This document shows, in pieces, positions 38,664-48,271 of a stretch of DNA of 64,000 nt. How positions within the stretch are numbered: position 1 is the stretch's first letter; each line of letters opens with the position of its first letter. Source of the stretch: a virus (taxonomy: Duplodnaviria; Caudoviricetes); IMG/VR virus record IMGVR_UViG_3300012952_003952, positions 160,001 to 224,000 of that record, one strand, 5' to 3'. Below the pieces are notes generated by a model. The model saw nothing but the letters and a program-made list of their open reading frames with translations. It made no database searches and was not told the origin of the DNA. A program made the translations under genes and the position numbers.

Positions 38664-40658
38664 ATGTCACAAATGAACATGAAAGAGAGATTTGATCTCT
38701 TTGCCAAATGCGGAGCTTTTGGTAATTTAGAAGATTTAATGCTTCAAGAATCTAATCTGTCTTTTCTTTTAGTAGAGCAATTAGAAAATCAAGATGTTGA
38801 TAAACTAAGAGCTTCTATCGCTGCAACAATGGAAGTTCTTGATAGTATTAAGGGAAAAATCGGAAACTCTTTTCCTTCACTTGCCGCATATCTTGATAAA
38901 AATAAGCTTGCTCTATCTAAAGCTGAAGAATTAGCCTCAAAAGTAGATTTAAAAGATCCCAAAGGGTTAAAGGGTTTACTTGGCAGCATGTTTGGCGATA
39001 AAATGGATATCGGTCGAGCTCTCCAGGGAGTACTTGAAGTAGAAGCTAAAGCCAACCAGTCTTTAAACACTTTTAAAGCTGCCATTCCTTTAATAGCTAG
39101 AAACCTAAAAGGAAAACTCGAGCCTGAAACAAAACTTTCTCAAATTCCAGCAGACGTAGGAATTACTTCTGACCAACTCCGCGGAGGAGTAGAAAAAGCG
39201 TTTGGTTCTGCTGGTAAAAAAGGTATCTTCGCTAAAATGGCCGGTTTCTTTAAAAGTAAAGCTGCAAAAATACCTGGCGCCGAAGATCCTGGAGATTTTC
39301 CAACAGACGCATTTGCAGACGAATTATTAGAATTAACTTATGGTGATTTAGAAGATTTAGTTTCAGCTGTAGAAGCAGTAGATCTTCCGCAACCTCAGCA
39401 AGACGCCATAGAAGACGTAAACACGGCAGCTCAAGAAGCTGAGGGTTCTGATGATCCCTTAGCTGGCACGCCCGCAGCTGCTGCCGGTGCCGAGGAAGGT
39501 GGCGAAGAAGCCGAAGAAGCCGAAGAAGGAGAAACTGCAGCTAGTATAACTAGAGACAGTTTAATCCAAAAAGCTACCGACGCCGCAGGAGAACCAGGAG
39601 CTAAAATCTTTGCTAAGTTAATCGACATGGGCACTTTGAAAGATGCTGGTTTAGAAATAACTGAAGAATCTTTTAATCGAAGAAATTTGCTCGACTTACT
39701 TTTTGAGCAAGTTAAAGTTTCTCACGAAAAATACCAAGCCGCAGTTAACGCTGTTTCTGAAGAAGATGAAGAAGCGTTCAAAGACGTAGATTTAGATGAC
39801 ATTAGAGATAAACTTAGTGGAATCGACGAACTAGATATTGAAGCTAAAAAAATCAATCCAAAAGAACTAACGGATAAAGCTTATAGGCAGGGTAAATTTG
39901 CTGTAACGCTAAATGGAAATGAATTTATTGAAGGCCGTCCATCTGAAATCGTAGCCTACGTTGCAATGGAGCTCAGCAAAGACGAAGACTTACAGGTCGA
40001 TTTTGTAGAAGACGCTGAAATAGAAGTCGATGGCGGCGGTGGTGAAAAAATTCCTTTCATAGAAATGGAAGACATGGTTTCTAGAATCAACAAAGACCTT
40101 GAAGCTGCGAAATATGGAGAAACAACATTTCGACTTGGAGCTTCTGAAGAAGCTGAAGAGCCAGCTGAAGATGCAGAAGAAATTGCAGCAGCACTAGAAA
40201 AAGCTGCCGCTGAAGTAACTGCCGAGCCAGAAGCTCCAGCAGTCGCGATTGGTCATGCTTTAGATGGTTGGTTCGACACTTTGTCCACTTCGGCTAAGAG
40301 TGTTTTAAATGCTAAGGGAAGATTTGGTGGATTAAAAACAGCAGTTGATACGTCTTTAGGAAATGCTGCTAAAGCTATAGCGGGCGAAGTACAAAAAGCA
40401 GTTGACGCCTGGTGGAAAGAGCATGAAGAGACACTGGTTAAGAGCAAAAAGTTTAGTAAAACTAATGGCGAAACTCTTAGAGCAGAAATTCCAAAAATTG
40501 CAGCAGCCATGCTACAACAGAAAGCTGAAAACAGCTTTCCAATAACCACTTCCACTATACGACGTGTGACAAACAGATATCTTAATAAAAAGTATCTTTC
40601 TGGAGAACTCCTCCAAGAGTCTTCTAGGTGGCAAACACTTGCGGGTATTAAAAAATGA
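38664..40658 (+). CDS. Large acidic hypothetical protein, probably virion-internal
   Basis: E/A/D-rich; LLxEQ motifs and a C-terminal ESSRWQTLAGIKK. Confidence 0.6.
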   Translation: MSQMNMKERFDLFAKCGAFGNLEDLMLQESNLSFLLVEQLENQDVDKLRASIAATMEVLDSIKGKIGNSFPSLAAYLDKNKLALSKAEELASKVDLKDPKGLKGLLGSMFGDKMDIGRALQGVLEVEAKANQSLNTFKAAIPLIARNLKGKLEPETKLSQIPADVGITSDQLRGGVEKAFGSAGKKGIFAKMAGFFKSKAAKIPGAEDPGDFPTDAFADELLELTYGDLEDLVSAVEAVDLPQPQQDAIEDVNTAAQEAEGSDDPLAGTPAAAAGAEEGGEEAEEAEEGETAASITRDSLIQKATDAAGEPGAKIFAKLIDMGTLKDAGLEITEESFNRRNLLDLLFEQVKVSHEKYQAAVNAVSEEDEEAFKDVDLDDIRDKLSGIDELDIEAKKINPKELTDKAYRQGKFAVTLNGNEFIEGRPSEIVAYVAMELSKDEDLQVDFVEDAEIEVDGGGGEKIPFIEMEDMVSRINKDLEAAKYGETTFRLGASEEAEEPAEDAEEIAAALEKAAAEVTAEPEAPAVAIGHALDGWFDTLSTSAKSVLNAKGRFGGLKTAVDTSLGNAAKAIAGEVQKAVDAWWKEHEETLVKSKKFSKTNGETLRAEIPKIAAAMLQQKAENSFPITTSTIRRVTNRYLNKKYLSGELLQESSRWQTLAGIKK

Positions 40659-41023
40659 AAGTTGAAAAAATTGCGAACGGCTTACTTTACGAAAGGTATA
40701 AAAGAAAACTTTTAGAAGCTCTTTCCGAAGTAGATGTTTTAGATGATCAGGGTAATATCATAATATCGAAAGATTTAAAAGTGAAACATAAAGATTCTGG
40801 TTTTGAATACACAGTAGATGATGTAGTAGATGATAATGGAAATGTCAGTATCTATCTTAGAGATCCCACTGCCCCGCGTATAGAAGATCCACCAGGAGAC
40901 GAAACTTTATTAGGCGCTCCTCCAGCCGCAGATTTTCTTCATGAAGAAGACGACGAAGACGAAGAAGATACTGTATTTGTAATAGATCAAAGTGAATTTG
41001 AAAAGGAATACGAAATAAAATGA
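40655..41023 (+). CDS. Acidic hypothetical protein
   Basis: 122-aa ORF translationally coupled to its neighbours. Confidence 0.6.
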   Translation: MKVEKIANGLLYERYKRKLLEALSEVDVLDDQGNIIISKDLKVKHKDSGFEYTVDDVVDDNGNVSIYLRDPTAPRIEDPPGDETLLGAPPAADFLHEEDDEDEEDTVFVIDQSEFEKEYEIK

Positions 41024-41706
41024 AAGATTTAGAAAAAAATTTAAAGGCACAAATACGCTCGGATCTTGGTATAGAAAATGAAAAACTTTCTGAAGCTTAT
41101 GTTACTAAAGCCAAAAAGTTCAATCTAAACACTGAGCTCCTTAGCACTAAAACAAAGAAAGTTCAGCAAGAAATGCTTAACGGCTATGTAGAAACACTTA
41201 ACGATACTGCTGCTTCTTTAGACACGGCAAACAGAGACAATGCTAATTCCGATTCTTCTAAGTTTAGGTCTTTAAAAATAGACGAGATTTATAATCTAAA
41301 TGGAGCGTTTCTTTTTGGGTTGCACTTTGAAAATATTTCAGACCCGCAGTCTCAAGTTGCGATGGACTCTTTGTCATTTATGAGACTAGAAAGAGATTTT
41401 GGCACTTTTGATGAATGGCAAAAAGATTTCATTGCTTGCGCTCTTTCTTCTCGCTCTGGTTGGGTAGTCACTGTTTACAATGGTTTTTTGAATCGATACA
41501 TAAATTGCACAGTAGATTCTAATGACATTAGTATTCCAATCAATTCTTATCCAGTTTTAGTTTTAAGCATGCATCCTGAATCTTATGTTCGAGATTACTT
41601 AGAAGACAAAAAAGCTTATGTTTATGCAATGATGCAAGAGCTTAACTGGGGAGTAATAGAAGATAGATTCAAGAAGTCTGACAGAATTAGCAAGGTGCTT
41701 CGATGA
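41020..41706 (+). CDS. Degenerate Fe/Mn superoxide-dismutase-fold protein
   Basis: LERDFGTFDEWQKDF, SGWV, PVLVL and LNWGVIEDRF match the SOD C-domain, but DxWEHAY is replaced by SMHPESY. Confidence 0.7.
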   Translation: MKDLEKNLKAQIRSDLGIENEKLSEAYVTKAKKFNLNTELLSTKTKKVQQEMLNGYVETLNDTAASLDTANRDNANSDSSKFRSLKIDEIYNLNGAFLFGLHFENISDPQSQVAMDSLSFMRLERDFGTFDEWQKDFIACALSSRSGWVVTVYNGFLNRYINCTVDSNDISIPINSYPVLVLSMHPESYVRDYLEDKKAYVYAMMQELNWGVIEDRFKKSDRISKVLR

Positions 41707-42365
41707 AAAGAGATGATTTAAAAAGATATTTTGTAAGGTATTTCTCTAATACCCTCCTCCAAGAGCAAGACGAGCTTTTTGGAGACGAAGAAGAGGATAC
41801 TGCTGATGATGAAGCTGCTGATGAAGAGGGAGACACCGAGACAGAAGAAGGTGCTACCGAAGATGAAGAACCACCAGAAGAAGAAATAGAAATAGAAGCT
41901 GGCGATGAAGTAAGGTTAGGTAAGGGATTTGAAGCAGCGATAGATTCTATACTTAACGATTTTGAAATGGACGCTTTAAAAAGCGCGCAAATAAACATTG
42001 GCGATGAAGAAATAGCAGTAGAGTCTAGCTGGTGGAATAAACCACTTTCTAAAATGCTTCTAGAGCAAGAAGAAGCAACTACAGAAGCAGAACTTGATAT
42101 AGACATTTTTGCTGAAGATGTAGCTCGGTTTATAAACAATTACGATACTCTTTTGGACATGGAGTCGATAATATACAATAAGGCTAAAGAGCTTTTAATC
42201 ACTAAATACGGAGACGAAGTAGCTCTTGCTTTTGAAGAGATATTAAAAGCGCGCCACGGAATAGATTTGACATCTGCAGTAGATGGAAAAGCCGTATCGG
42301 ACTCTGAAGAAATTCAGCCTCCACTAGCAGTTGGTTCATCGGGTGCAGCAGCTGGTGGGGCATGA
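41703..42365 (+). CDS. Acidic hypothetical protein
   Basis: LLQEQ and LLEQ motifs; D/E-rich linker. Confidence 0.6.
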   Translation: MKRDDLKRYFVRYFSNTLLQEQDELFGDEEEDTADDEAADEEGDTETEEGATEDEEPPEEEIEIEAGDEVRLGKGFEAAIDSILNDFEMDALKSAQINIGDEEIAVESSWWNKPLSKMLLEQEEATTEAELDIDIFAEDVARFINNYDTLLDMESIIYNKAKELLITKYGDEVALAFEEILKARHGIDLTSAVDGKAVSDSEEIQPPLAVGSSGAAAGGA

Positions 42366-42643
42366 CCAGCCGTTTTCAAACTAGAAAATCGGTTCACGTT
42401 AATCTCAGCACCGGAGTGCATGCTGAATTTAGGATGGAGCTCTTTAAAAGAGGCTTATCTATGCAGGAAGTATTTGAGCATTTAGCATGTTCAATTACAA
42501 ATGGTGACTCTTATTTAACTAATCTTTTAGATACTCTTGAATATAATAAAAAATATCGAGTAGATACAAAGAAATTTGTGGATGCTGATTCTGAAACATT
42601 GTTTGAGCAAATTAAAGCTAATAATACGCTTGGAGAAGATTAA
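42362..42643 (+). CDS. Hypothetical protein
   Basis: 93-aa coupled ORF. Confidence 0.55.
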   Translation: MTSRFQTRKSVHVNLSTGVHAEFRMELFKRGLSMQEVFEHLACSITNGDSYLTNLLDTLEYNKKYRVDTKKFVDADSETLFEQIKANNTLGED

Positions 42644-42943
42644 GTGTTTGATTTTTTATTTAAAGGTGGTAATCAAAAACTTTTAGAAGAGAAAAATAGA
42701 AATCTCTCTAAAGATTTAGACGCGTTAACAAGAGAAGTCGCGGTTATTAAATCAGAGCTTGAAACACTCAAGCACTCTTTTGCTGAAACACAAATGAGTC
42801 TAAACATTTTAATTACAGCAACTCAAGGCGTGGCAGACGATTTAAGTATTGTCTATAATGCAGTAATGGGTCCAGAAAAAACAGCATCTAATGTTTTACC
42901 ATTTTCGTTTGGCCAAGTTGAGGATGATGATTACGAAAATTAA
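42644..42943 (+). CDS. Coiled-coil hypothetical protein
   Basis: 99-aa ORF with a GGAG RBS. Confidence 0.55.
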   Translation: MFDFLFKGGNQKLLEEKNRNLSKDLDALTREVAVIKSELETLKHSFAETQMSLNILITATQGVADDLSIVYNAVMGPEKTASNVLPFSFGQVEDDDYEN

Positions 42944-42966
42944 TACTTAAGTTCAGGAGGTGGATT

Positions 42967-43158
42967 ATGAATGTCCCGTTTCTTGACAGAGTAGTTAATA
43001 AGTTAATCTCCCGAAAGTTTTTAGTATTTTGTACTGCGACCGGTCTATTGACTTGGTCAGGATTAGATTCTGACACTTGGGGAATGATAGCTATAGTTTA
43101 TATCGGAGGGCAGTCTGTAATTGATGCTGCCTTAGCTTGGAAGCATGGCAACAATTAA
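42967..43158 (+). CDS. Small two-TM membrane protein (holin candidate)
   Basis: SRKFLVFCTATGLL and WGMIAIVYIGGQSVID; 63 aa; AGGAGG RBS. Confidence 0.55.
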   Translation: MNVPFLDRVVNKLISRKFLVFCTATGLLTWSGLDSDTWGMIAIVYIGGQSVIDAALAWKHGNN

Positions 43159-43573
43159 GATGGCACTTTGGTGGATTTCTGCAAGTTCTTGGCTTAAGAA
43201 AGCTTGGGCTTGGTGTAAGAAAAATTGGAAGCTGTTCTTAGGGATGGCTATACCGATTATCGTAATGCTTATTTCGCGCAAAAGAGTCGATCTTAAAAAA
43301 GTTTTAGATAGGACTAGAGAAGATTACGAAAAAGAAATACAACTTATTGAAGACTCTAAAGCTGCAGAATTAGAAAAGAGAGACGCTTCTCGAAAAAAAT
43401 ATTTTTCTACAGTAGACGAAATTAAAGAAAGATACGAAAATAGAAGAAGCGAGTTAGAAGAATCTAAGGCTGAAGAAGTTGATAAGTTGTTAAAAGAATA
43501 TGAAAGTGACCCAGCAGCTCTTACTGAAAAGATAAAAAGTTTAACAGGATTCAGCATATATAATAATGAATAA
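43145..43573 (+). CDS. N-terminal TM plus coiled-coil protein (inner-spanin-like candidate)
   Basis: LFLGMAIPIIVMLI followed by a charged helical ectodomain. Confidence 0.45.
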   Translation: MATIKMALWWISASSWLKKAWAWCKKNWKLFLGMAIPIIVMLISRKRVDLKKVLDRTREDYEKEIQLIEDSKAAELEKRDASRKKYFSTVDEIKERYENRRSELEESKAEEVDKLLKEYESDPAALTEKIKSLTGFSIYNNE

Positions 43574-43591
43574 ACAGCAGAAGGTATCTTA

Positions 43592-45166
43592 ATGTCATAT
43601 TCTTTAAAAAAGGTTTACGGTTTTTCAGACAAAGACGACACTCGAGTTAAAAAAGTAACCGGAAAGTCTTTATCTAATTTGCTAATGAGAGAAGCTTTGA
43701 TCTTAGAGCAAGAAGCTCTGGCTCAGCAAGTTCAAGCGGCTGGCGCAAAACCAGTTACTCTAGTTGTTTTGTATGGGCCCCCAGCAGCTGGGAAGGGCGC
43801 GGCTAAAAAAGATATCGGAACTTTCATTGGAGGCGTAGAGCAAAATTTTGAAGATTGGCTCGATGACATCGGCGATGAAGGAAATAAACACTTTCAAGAA
43901 GAAGATGCTGCCATGGTTAACATCACCACAAAACAAATGGCTCCAGCAGTCTACAGCGAGATTTCGAAAAGAGTTTCTGGCGGAGAGAATTTTGAAGATG
44001 TAGTAGAAGATTATTTTCATGTTAATGAATCTGGCAAAAAGTTTTCCGTTTCAGATATTCTCAGTAAGTCTGCGTTTGAAAAACTAGAATCTGAAGGAGG
44101 AAGCGCTGCTTTTGCTGACTTCCCGCAAACTCAAGCTTTCTTTACACAAGCCAGAGGTTTTTCTCGTGCGCTAGATGGATTAAGCGCTGAAGTAAACGAC
44201 ATGATGGGGCCTGATGATGGTTCTCCTACACTCGGTATCAGAGCTGCTGCTGCCGGCAGATATATGAACGATGTGAAAAAAGAGCTGCAGGGCATGTTAG
44301 CTACTGAAGAAATTGGCTCTACACCTTACGCTACAGTTTATTTAGCTGATCAAGCTGGAGAATCTACAGCTGACACAGCCAGAATTTCTGCTTTGGGCAA
44401 GATGAAAGAAGATCCTGAATTTGATGCTCTTAAAATTATTGGTGTTTATATTCACCAACCAGCCGAAAGAACTCGCATAGCCAATCTCCACCGCGCCTCA
44501 ACTGGCGGCCGGAGAGTTGCCCAAAAAGAAGTAGACCGTATTTTCGCTGCCGGACCTCAGATAAGCGCAGATGGAAATATCGAAGAGAAGGGTGCCGCAT
44601 TAGAAGCTATGGAGTCTGCTGGATTCGATCAAATTCATCTTTATCATCCACCAGACCCTTTTGATCCTGAGGGCGTCGAAGTAGACGGTCAACCTATTGG
44701 AAACGCTATTTGCGAGCCTCTTGGATCCGGTAAAGGACACTTAGATATTGAAGGCTGTGAAGAAGAATCCGAAGGATCAGCAACAGGTGCAAAGTCTCTT
44801 AAAGGAATGGAAAAATATGCTGTCAAACAAGCTAATATTTCAGACGAAGAAGTAGAAGCTGCTGGCGGAGGTATACCAGAAGATCTAGAAGCAGAAGAAA
44901 AAGAGAAAATAATTGCTGCTTTTAACAAAATGGGATTTAGTGGAGTTTCGCCTGGGGATCTAGACAATTATCTTACTCGTCTAGCTCCTCCCGGTGTGCG
45001 TGGAGCTTCGAAACATGGTAAAGTTCCATGGTCAGGCGATTTGTTTGGAAAGGGGACTAACCCCACTGAAAAAATTACTATTAAAGATGAAAGTGCTAGA
45101 ACACAAAAATCTGAAGATGACCTTATTTTAGAACGCTGGCAAAGAATGGCAGGTTTACTTAAGTAA
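43592..45166 (+). CDS. P-loop kinase-like protein (zeta-toxin/AAA_33-like)
   Basis: LYGPPAAGKG Walker A, VYLADQ and RIANLHRASTGGRRV; C-terminal ERWQRMAGLLK. Confidence 0.55.
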   Translation: MSYSLKKVYGFSDKDDTRVKKVTGKSLSNLLMREALILEQEALAQQVQAAGAKPVTLVVLYGPPAAGKGAAKKDIGTFIGGVEQNFEDWLDDIGDEGNKHFQEEDAAMVNITTKQMAPAVYSEISKRVSGGENFEDVVEDYFHVNESGKKFSVSDILSKSAFEKLESEGGSAAFADFPQTQAFFTQARGFSRALDGLSAEVNDMMGPDDGSPTLGIRAAAAGRYMNDVKKELQGMLATEEIGSTPYATVYLADQAGESTADTARISALGKMKEDPEFDALKIIGVYIHQPAERTRIANLHRASTGGRRVAQKEVDRIFAAGPQISADGNIEEKGAALEAMESAGFDQIHLYHPPDPFDPEGVEVDGQPIGNAICEPLGSGKGHLDIEGCEEESEGSATGAKSLKGMEKYAVKQANISDEEVEAAGGGIPEDLEAEEKEKIIAAFNKMGFSGVSPGDLDNYLTRLAPPGVRGASKHGKVPWSGDLFGKGTNPTEKITIKDESARTQKSEDDLILERWQRMAGLLK

Positions 45167-45187
45167 GCAAAAGTTTAGTATTTTCAT

Positions 45188-45637
45188 ATGATTATGAAAA
45201 AAATCTTCGCCTGCTTGATTTCAATTCAGTTAATGTTTCTGCCAGTCGCAGCTCATGCTGATGAAGTTATAACAAATATATCTGAAGGAGACCCCGCTCC
45301 ATTTAGTGGAACTCTTTTTAATCCAGAGGCTAGCGCTAGGATTATAATACAATTAGATTATGCACAGGAATCTTGCGATTTAAGGATTTCCGAATTGCAA
45401 GAGACGCTAACTGCAAGGCACACTTTCGAAATGGAAGTACTGCAATCTTCTCTAACTAGCTGCAATCAACTTTGCACATCGAGATTAGACATTAGACAAA
45501 ACCAAATAGACTTTCTCAACGAAGAATTAACTAAGAAAAGACCGCAAAATCAAGTGCTTTATTTTATAGTTGGGACAGTTCTTGGTGTGGGCCTAACGCT
45601 AGGCACGTCTTATGCGTATTCAAATATTGTAAATTAG
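45188..45637 (+). CDS. Exported coiled-coil protein with a C-terminal TM helix
   Basis: Signal peptide ending AHA, EGDPAPFSGTLF, a coiled coil and LYFIVGTVLGVGLTLG. Confidence 0.6.
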   Translation: MIMKKIFACLISIQLMFLPVAAHADEVITNISEGDPAPFSGTLFNPEASARIIIQLDYAQESCDLRISELQETLTARHTFEMEVLQSSLTSCNQLCTSRLDIRQNQIDFLNEELTKKRPQNQVLYFIVGTVLGVGLTLGTSYAYSNIVN

Positions 45638-45675
45638 CTTTAATATGCATACTTAGTTATGTTCATGGAGTTACT

Positions 45676-46683
45676 ATGCCCAAGAGTAAAAGATCTAATT
45701 TGTTAAAAACACTAGACGACATTTTATTCGAAGACGTTTATCAAAAATACGGATCCGAATATATGTCGCACGGAATGTCAAAAGACGAAGAGCAGTTTAC
45801 GGTTCCGCAATCTCTTCCAATTCAGGCGTTCGACCAAATGGCGACTCAGCTTACAGTAGAGAGACCGCCAGTTGAAGATTCAGATTATATTCCAGATGGA
45901 GTAGAAGAATTAGCACGAGCAGCTTCCGCTGTAGCCCAGCAAGTTCCAAGAGATCAAGTTTCTTCTTTTTATGAAAAAATAAAATCTGCTTTAGAAGCAT
46001 CTATTGCAGATGAAAATGATCCAGAGACAGTTTCTCCAGCGCAAGAAAAAGAAGAAGCAGCAGAAGCTGCCATAGAATCAGAAGTCGCACCTCCAGTAGT
46101 AGAAAGTAGGCTAAGGTCTTTTTTAAGAGAGCAATTAAGCGATTGGGGGACTCCCGATCCAAGGTACGATAAAAAGAAGAAAGAAGACTGGGAAGAGGAA
46201 GACGCTCCTGCGGGAAGGCCTGGGAAAGATACTATAAAGGGAAAATATATAGCTCCCTATTATGACAAAAAAGGTCCAAGCGGAGTAAACGTTTCTAGCG
46301 ACAGACTAATGCAAAATTTTTTAGCTCCACTTTTTGAAGTTCCATCTGAAGATTTAAAAGACTCTATGGACTATGTGAAATATTTTTACAACGAACACGC
46401 TACAGGCGAAGAACCCCAAGGATCTCAGCAAGCTTTTGTAAGCTACGTCCTCAAAAAAGTGGTAAAGAAAGAATTGAAAAAAGGAAGTAATCTTACCCAA
46501 ACTCTTTTACCAGCCGTTGTGCAGCACGTTAAAGAGATGCCAGATAAAGAATTTGCTCAGTTAATAGACAAGGCTTCTAAAGAATCTTCTAGCGAACTTC
46601 AAGCTAGAGGAGAGTTTGCAGATATGCTTCAAAAAGAAGACCCAGAACAGTTTAAACTTCTACAAGATTTAGGTCTTGCGTAA
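45676..46683 (+). CDS. Hypothetical protein
   Basis: 335-aa ORF after an ATACTTA motif; contains RLRSFLREQ. Confidence 0.6.
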   Translation: MPKSKRSNLLKTLDDILFEDVYQKYGSEYMSHGMSKDEEQFTVPQSLPIQAFDQMATQLTVERPPVEDSDYIPDGVEELARAASAVAQQVPRDQVSSFYEKIKSALEASIADENDPETVSPAQEKEEAAEAAIESEVAPPVVESRLRSFLREQLSDWGTPDPRYDKKKKEDWEEEDAPAGRPGKDTIKGKYIAPYYDKKGPSGVNVSSDRLMQNFLAPLFEVPSEDLKDSMDYVKYFYNEHATGEEPQGSQQAFVSYVLKKVVKKELKKGSNLTQTLLPAVVQHVKEMPDKEFAQLIDKASKESSSELQARGEFADMLQKEDPEQFKLLQDLGLA

Positions 46684-47066
46684 TGATGCTTCAAGAGCTG
46701 CTAAAAGAATATCTAGATTCAGAGAAAGAAGAAGAAATACCTTTTCTGCAAGAGGGAATTTATTTTAGTGTGCCCATAGTTCCCCAACAGAAAAATCATT
46801 GGGAGGTGATACCGTCGCCAAACAGGCTTTCTAGATCTTATGATTTTGAAAGTTCTGAAATTTTGAAAATTTTCTTAAACGAAGCCCTAGATTACCAAGA
46901 ATCAGTTCAACACCATGGAAAATTTATTGTAGAACATCAGAAAGTTACAATAGAAATCTACACACACGATTTAGACGATGTAACAGAAGTAGACTTAGAA
47001 TGGGCTAAGATGATGGATAACATATACAAGGACGTTCAGTTTTATGTCTCAAGAACCCAATTCTGA
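46683..47066 (+). CDS. Pterin-4a-carbinolamine dehydratase-like protein
   Basis: W......LSRSYDF, QHHG, VTIEIYTHD and VTEVDLEWAKMMD follow the PCD pattern. Confidence 0.7.
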   Translation: MMLQELLKEYLDSEKEEEIPFLQEGIYFSVPIVPQQKNHWEVIPSPNRLSRSYDFESSEILKIFLNEALDYQESVQHHGKFIVEHQKVTIEIYTHDLDDVTEVDLEWAKMMDNIYKDVQFYVSRTQF

Positions 47067-47469
47067 AAAAGAGCTGATGAGAGTGCTTTCTAATCCGGAC
47101 AATCTGATAATTAGTGAAGCTTTATTAGATAGGCTGCCTGGAGAAAGCCCTAAGTCGCAAACAGGGTGCCTCGTTAAGTTTGGACAAGCAGAGTATTCTG
47201 GCAGTTGTTTAAACGTCACCTTTAATGAAGAATCTCTGTTTATATCTTTAGTTTTGCATTCAGATGTTGATAAATTTGAATTTTTAGATTCTGGCATTCC
47301 TTGCACTAAAATTTTTAAATCTAAAATTACTGTTGTTTTATCTTCAAATAAAGAAAGTAAGATTTTTTCTGGAATACCCAAGCAAATTTCATATGATCAA
47401 ACACCAACTTCTGAATGTACTATGAGCTTAGAGTTGTATAATTACTCGTTGGAGGATTCTCATGAGTAA
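47044..47469 (+). CDS. Hypothetical protein
   Basis: 141-aa ORF. Confidence 0.5.
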   Translation: MSQEPNSEKELMRVLSNPDNLIISEALLDRLPGESPKSQTGCLVKFGQAEYSGSCLNVTFNEESLFISLVLHSDVDKFEFLDSGIPCTKIFKSKITVVLSSNKESKIFSGIPKQISYDQTPTSECTMSLELYNYSLEDSHE

Positions 47470-47604
47470 CAAAGATTACGATTTTTCTAAATTTATCGAA
47501 GATATTGAAAAAAGAGAAAATCAAGCTCGAGAAAAAAAAGAAAAATACCAAAACGATCATAGAGATCATCCTATGAGAAGAAGAAATGTTTTGTCTAGGG
47601 AGCT

Positions 47605-48264
47605 TTGGCAAAACAGAATATTCTGGAGAAGAAACAAATGAAGCTTTCTCTTCTAGATGAAATAACAGAAGCTTCAGTAAGAGATGCTTTTCTAGAAGTG
47701 TATTCTAATTTGCTCGAGCAAAAAGAGCAAACAAAACAAGATAAAGCATCTGAAGAAATTAAAGATTTAGATCTTCGCGCTAATAAAAAAGCTAGACCCA
47801 CTGACGAAGAAGAAGTCGAAGAAGAAGAAATAGAGGTAAAGACGCAAGTCGAGCCAAAAGAAGAAAAACCCGAAGTAGTAATACCAGAAACCTTGCCCGA
47901 TGTTTTAGAAGCCGAATCTATTATTAAGTCAATAAACGTGATTCGATCTGGAAATTCTTTAAAAGATCCAGGCGTGCAAGAGAGGTTTGGTATTTATTTT
48001 GATAAATTATCACCGCCTGAAAAAGTAGCCTTGAAAGGTTTCTTAGACGGGTTAGCTCAAGTCATTGCAGGAGACGTTCCCGGCGAAGAGGCTACTAGTC
48101 CAAAAAATCCGCCGTACAATGTTACTATGCAAGACAATCCAGATCAAAAATCCAGAGAAGTTAAACCTCCTCCTGGCACTGGAGAGCCTGACGCTCCAAT
48201 TATAGTTGGAGAAAGTGCTAATAAATCTTGGGTTAAAAATGTGTTTTCAAAAAACTTACTTTGA
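47605..48264 (+). CDS. Acidic hypothetical protein
   Basis: 219-aa ORF with an LLEQ motif. Confidence 0.6.
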   Translation: MAKQNILEKKQMKLSLLDEITEASVRDAFLEVYSNLLEQKEQTKQDKASEEIKDLDLRANKKARPTDEEEVEEEEIEVKTQVEPKEEKPEVVIPETLPDVLEAESIIKSINVIRSGNSLKDPGVQERFGIYFDKLSPPEKVALKGFLDGLAQVIAGDVPGEEATSPKNPPYNVTMQDNPDQKSREVKPPPGTGEPDAPIIVGESANKSWVKNVFSKNLL

Positions 48265-48271
48265 TTCTTTT

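Noticed and set aside
39480-39540. Short GAAGAAGCC tandem repeats
   Set aside because: They simply encode a low-complexity EEAEEAEE linker in the 38664 ORF.
41020-41706. Functional superoxide dismutase as an auxiliary metabolic gene
   Set aside because: The metal-ligand motifs are substituted; reported instead as a probable pseudo-enzyme.
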